A DNA stretch of 52,578 bases, filler included, from Circinaria calcarea (Eukaryota): NCBI GenBank assembly GCA_051942165.1. It is 3 parts of 3 records of this genome, joined end to end, with 100 filler letters (N's around TTAATTAATTAA, not from the genome) between each part and the next. Parts side by side here need not be neighbours in the genome. Positions count along the whole stretch, not along the records: positions 35,126 to 52,578 come from JAVECS010000270.1; 2 more parts are not named here. One strand, 5' to 3'. The notes under the pieces are model-generated. The model saw nothing but the letters and a program-made list of their open reading frames with translations. It made no database searches and was not told the DNA's origin. This document shows, in pieces, positions 48,675 through 52,578 of this stretch (positions are counted from its first letter, which is position 1; every line of letters begins with the position of its first letter). Position numbers and translations under genes: made by a program.

Positions 48675-49405
48675 ATGGTAAGGACCCCACCTCCAACTGC
48701 TTTTATCCCCATCTTGCGTCTATCGAGTCATTCATCTCCGAATCATCTAACCTATGCCTTCAGGCTCCTAAATCTCTTCCTCCCGCAGCCAAACAGTCTC
48801 TCATCCTTACCTACCTACGCTCGACAAACACTGTGCACAGTCTGAAAGACCTCGAAAAGTCCTTACCTAGCGTCGCCTCGATCAACGGGATGCAGGTCAA
48901 AGAGTACCTGCAGGCATTAAGCGATGAGAATCAGATCCATGTCGAAAAGATTGGGAGTGGGAATTGGTATTGGAGTTTCATGAGCGAAGAAAAAAGGGCA
49001 AGAGAAGGGGTGCTGAGCACACTTCGCGATGACAAGCAGAAGGCGGAGAAGGCCACGGAAGTTTTAAAGGGGAGGATTGAAGAGGCCAACGAGGGGGTAG
49101 GTGAAGGTGGTGCGGAAGGGGAACGGAATGAGTTGATGAATAGGTACACGGGTGGAAAAGAAGAGTTGGAGACACTGAGCAAAGAACTGGCGGGATATAG
49201 CGACTGTGATCCTAGCGAGATAGTAAGGAAGAGGCAGGAGCTGACCGATCTCATGGCGAAGGCTGAAAGGTGGACGGACAACATTTATTGTCTGGAGGCA
49301 TACCTAAAGCAAATCACCGGTGGAGACAGTCAGGCCCTGGAGAGGATTCGGGAAGAATACTACGGGAGCGAGTATGTAGCAGGTGAGGGATTGAGGGAGC
49401 TATAG
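48675..49405 (+). CDS. MND1: Meiotic nuclear division protein 1 (Hop2-Mnd1 complex); coding part of exon 1 is the ATG only
   Basis: ATG|GTAAGG...CTAAC...CAG|GCTCCT (intron 48678-48763). HSLKDLEK, MQVKEYLQALSDE..VEKIGSGNWYWSF, a coiled coil and AERWTDNIY. Confidence 0.92.
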
Positions 49406-49867
49406 AGTGTAACATCAAAGATACCCATGCCCCCCACTAAGATGGTTGCGACTTCAATGCAAAACGCCGGGCTGATTTTCCCAGCGAATTGATTTTACGG
49501 AGTAATCCGAGCACGAACGGAGTACGCCGCAATTGACACATCGGTCTTGTTAGAGGCCACCACGCCGTCATCCTTGCTACATTTGCATGTTGATGGCGCT
49601 GTATTTGCAACGCTTCTCCTGCAGCTTTCGGACCGGGTTAGAACGGTGGGTAAATAAAGCCTGGAAGATATAGATGTGATGCCCACACGGTGTCGCAGCG
49701 GGGGTTTTCATTCCCGGCGAAGGTGAGAATGACTAGTAGTCTAGCTTTGAAATCTCAGGCTGTAAGCAATTTGCATTCCTGTCGAACATGATCGTCTTCC
49801 AAAGACAACCACCGACGCATATTCGGAGAAGAAGGCAATCACTGGATTAGGATCTGCAGGTTGGGGA

Positions 49868-50062
49868 CCTGGCTTGCGTGTACTACGTAGCCGGCCGATA
49901 AGAGTCCGAGGAGGGAGAGCAGCGGCTTTTTGCCAAGTGCTTGGCAGCGTAAGTGTGGGAGGAGGGACCTCGCAGGTATGGACGGCGTCATATCATCCTT
50001 TTCCTTCACTGTCGCGACCTTCAAGGCAATGGGCATCCTATGAAAGAGCGCTCTGTCCTGGC
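49868..50062. promoter_or_regulatory. Cluster of four PacC/Rim101 consensus sites (GCCARG) upstream of palF
   Basis: CCTGGC at 49868-49873, TGCCAAG-TG-CTTGGCA at 49931-49946 (two inverted sites) and CCTGGC at 50057-50062. Confidence 0.65.
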
Positions 50063-50349
50063 GAACAGACACGGTCCGAGGCCATGCTTCACCGGGGCTG
50101 CTTGCCTCGGACCAGCAGGTCCATCGCCGCCATTCTCTGCTTCCGTACCGGGCTCTCTGCGACACTTAAACCTGACTGCACTAGCAGGCGAAAGTTGAGC
50201 GTCGCTCGAAACCCCCCCTCAACCTTGATCCCCCACATCCTCCCGAGCTGGTCTCGACGGACCCTCCGAAGACTCTGCCCCTGAGGTCTTGATGAAAATC
50301 GATGTGGGCTTGGAGGTCTTATGCGACTTAGCTTGCTAAGGTCAAATCG

Positions 50350-52578
50350 ATGACGACCGCGCCTCGTGCGCCTCAGTCGCCCTCGACATCTCGCTCGTTG
50401 ATCACTCGAATCGCTTCACCCTTCACTGCGAAAACACGGAGCATCCCCGATTTCCACATACAGAGCGATGATCCACATCGTCAACTCTCGCCCGGCGATC
50501 TTGTCAAAGGCTCGGTCTGCCTAACGGTACACAAACCTCTGCGAGTCACCCATCTAGTCATTTGTCTACATGGATTTGTCAAAGTGTTCAGAAGTCCAAA
50601 TGCTCCGGGAGAGGGGATACCGAAGGATGGCGGCTTCCTGGGAACAGGTAGAGGGAAAAGGGGTATGGAGTATTACGGCAACGGCTTTGCCTCGATTTTT
50701 GAGGATGAGCTCGTTCTTTGTGGTGAAGGACGGCTGAACGTTGGGATATACGCTTTCAAGTTTGAGCTAGAATTGCCCTGTGCAGGAATACCTAGCAGCA
50801 TTGACGTGAGTACCCCAGGTTGTACATGCAATTGACCGGCTAAACACATATCTTCAAAGTTCGAACGGGGCACCATTTCATATATGCTCACAGCTACCTT
50901 GACACGCCCTACGACAATAGCCCCCACCTTGATTTGCGATCGGAAGATCTACCTGGTCGAAGTAGTCGATATCGCATCAATGCGTCAGCCCAAACCAAGG
51001 ACTATCACGCTTGAGCCGATAGGTCGTCGCTCAAAGGCAAGAATAAGTGCCAAGAAACAATCATCCTTATCCGTTGTTCAGTCGAGCGAATGCGCGAACG
51101 ACAATACATCCAAAGAGCTCCCGTCAGTGTCTGATTCTCCCGTACCTCGAACGTCCGATGACCCTGCGAGAAGTTCCTCTCCGAGTGAGGTCAGTTCGGT
51201 GAGTGCAGTGAGTAGCAGCAATTTCAGCATTCGAACAGGGACAGGCCCGCCCTTGGCCAAGAGTAGTAAAGCAAGTGACTCACAAAGCTGCAAAGCATCT
51301 TTTCCTGAGAGAACTATCACCGCTGTAGTCGAAGTGCTTCGTGGTGGATGTCTGCCAGGCGACAATATACCAATCAGGATATCCATTGATCACACCAAAC
51401 CAGTCAAAAGTGTCCAGGGCATTATTATTACATTCTATCGCTTAGGGCGCATCGACACACGTCCTGCGATACCTTTAACAACGTCGCACAAAGGCAAGAA
51501 GCCTGAGTACGAAGACTACTTCCCAAAGTCCCGGACTGGGCTCGGCGGGCTCTCTCTATCATCAGCGGGCTCTAGCCATGTTTTTCGCATGGATCTCGCG
51601 CAGACCTTTGCTCCCCTAATCATAGATCCTCTCACGCTAAAGGCGGTGATCAACGCATCAGTACGAGTGCCCGATGATGTCTTCCCAACCATATCACACG
51701 TTCCCGGCGCTATGATTAGCTTCAACTACTTCGTCGAGGTGGTCATGGATTTGCGTGGGAAACTAGCGAGCCAGGATCGAACTTTTCCGCGGCTTGGCAT
51801 AAATGTACCATCACCTAATCATGGATATACGAATTCACTGGGTTGGAGAGGTGGAGGTATAAATGGCAACTCGCAATCTCAAAGTCCCAATTTTGCTGAT
51901 ACAGATGAGATCCGGAGGGAAAAGAGCGTTGTCGTCTGTGTTTTTGAGATCCTCGTGGGTACTAGGGATAGTTCAAGGAAAGCTACGAAGAGAGCCGGAG
52001 AATCTGAGTCTTGGGATAGTCCGTCTTTGCACCTTGTCGACAGGTATGATGAGTCGGCGGAAACATCGAATGAACATCGTGCCGAGGATGCAGAAGGCGA
52101 GGACTTGTATAATGGATCTGAGCAAGATCACCATGGATTTGACCGGGCGACTCATGATAGAACTCCAATGATATCTCTACCGGAAGTCGAAGAAGAACTT
52201 GATGAAAAGGCGCAGATTCGGAGAGCAGAGGAGCGGTTATTACCCAGTGCACCACCACCCGAGGCTGGTACCATATCATCGACGTTGACGCCGAGTGTGC
52301 CATCAGCGCCGCTACCAAGTGCTCTATATCAGGAATATCGCACATTTGGAGAAGCTACAGCAGCGGCCTATGCTGGCCCTTCGTCGATATCCACTGGGTC
52401 TATCCGGCCACTAGATGAAGACATATCTTGCGGTCGAAATGGGGAAGCGAATCTGCGGCCAGATGAACACATTGGCAGTAGTGTGCAAGATGACAAGCAG
52501 GAGATGGAACGTCAACGGTTACTAGCAGCAGCAAGCGCTCCTGGTGATGAATACGACGAGGAAGAGGCAGAAGCTAGT
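50350..52578 (+). CDS. palF: pH-response arrestin PalF/Rim8, runs off the window end
   Basis: Arrestin N-domain (FHIQSDDPHR..PGDLVKGSV..VTHLVICLHG, IPSSID|FERGTISYML, intron 50806-50858). The second exon stays open to 52578 and contains YEDYFPKSRTGLGGLSLSS, LLPSAPP and DDKQEMERQRLLAAASAP. Confidence 0.92.

Noticed and set aside
13852..49405. Meiotic gene cluster (Zip2-like plus MND1)
   Set aside because: The two genes are on different contigs separated by artificial linkers, so linkage is not shown.

Overview
Gene-dense, intron-containing DNA from a filamentous ascomycete (Pezizomycotina; the class cannot be fixed from sequence alone). The window is not one contig. It is three pieces (1-17463, 17564-35025, 35126-52578) joined by identical artificial 100-bp linkers (44 N + TTAATTAATTAA + 44 N), and the third piece starts with an untrimmed Nextera/Tn5 adapter. 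About 21 genes can be modelled by hand, mostly housekeeping: an AA9 LPMO with a CBM18, a PQ-loop transporter, TYW1, a TauD dioxygenase, a Zip2/SHOC1-like protein, SWT21/TCAB1 (truncated), an F-box-like protein (truncated), APD1, DLT1, QCR6, an FLVCR-like MFS transporter, GPAT (SCT1), MRP10, a disordered protein, an F-box/LRR protein (truncated), a Pth11-like protein, a repeat-containing orphan, epsin, CSA/RAD28, RRN10, MND1 and palF/RIM8 (runs off the end). I see no convincing new multi-gene system, intact mobile element, RNA gene or CRISPR array. The most interesting signals are small-scale: structured QCR6 introns whose helices cover splice signals, a 12-nt micro-exon followed by an apparent GA-AG intron, an AA9 with axial Tyr->Phe plus a chitin-binding module, an unrecognised XPF-type meiotic gene, a palindromic PacC/Rim101 site upstream of palF, and a roughly 2.7-kb decayed multi-exon pseudogene. 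All exon boundaries were read by eye and no searches were run.
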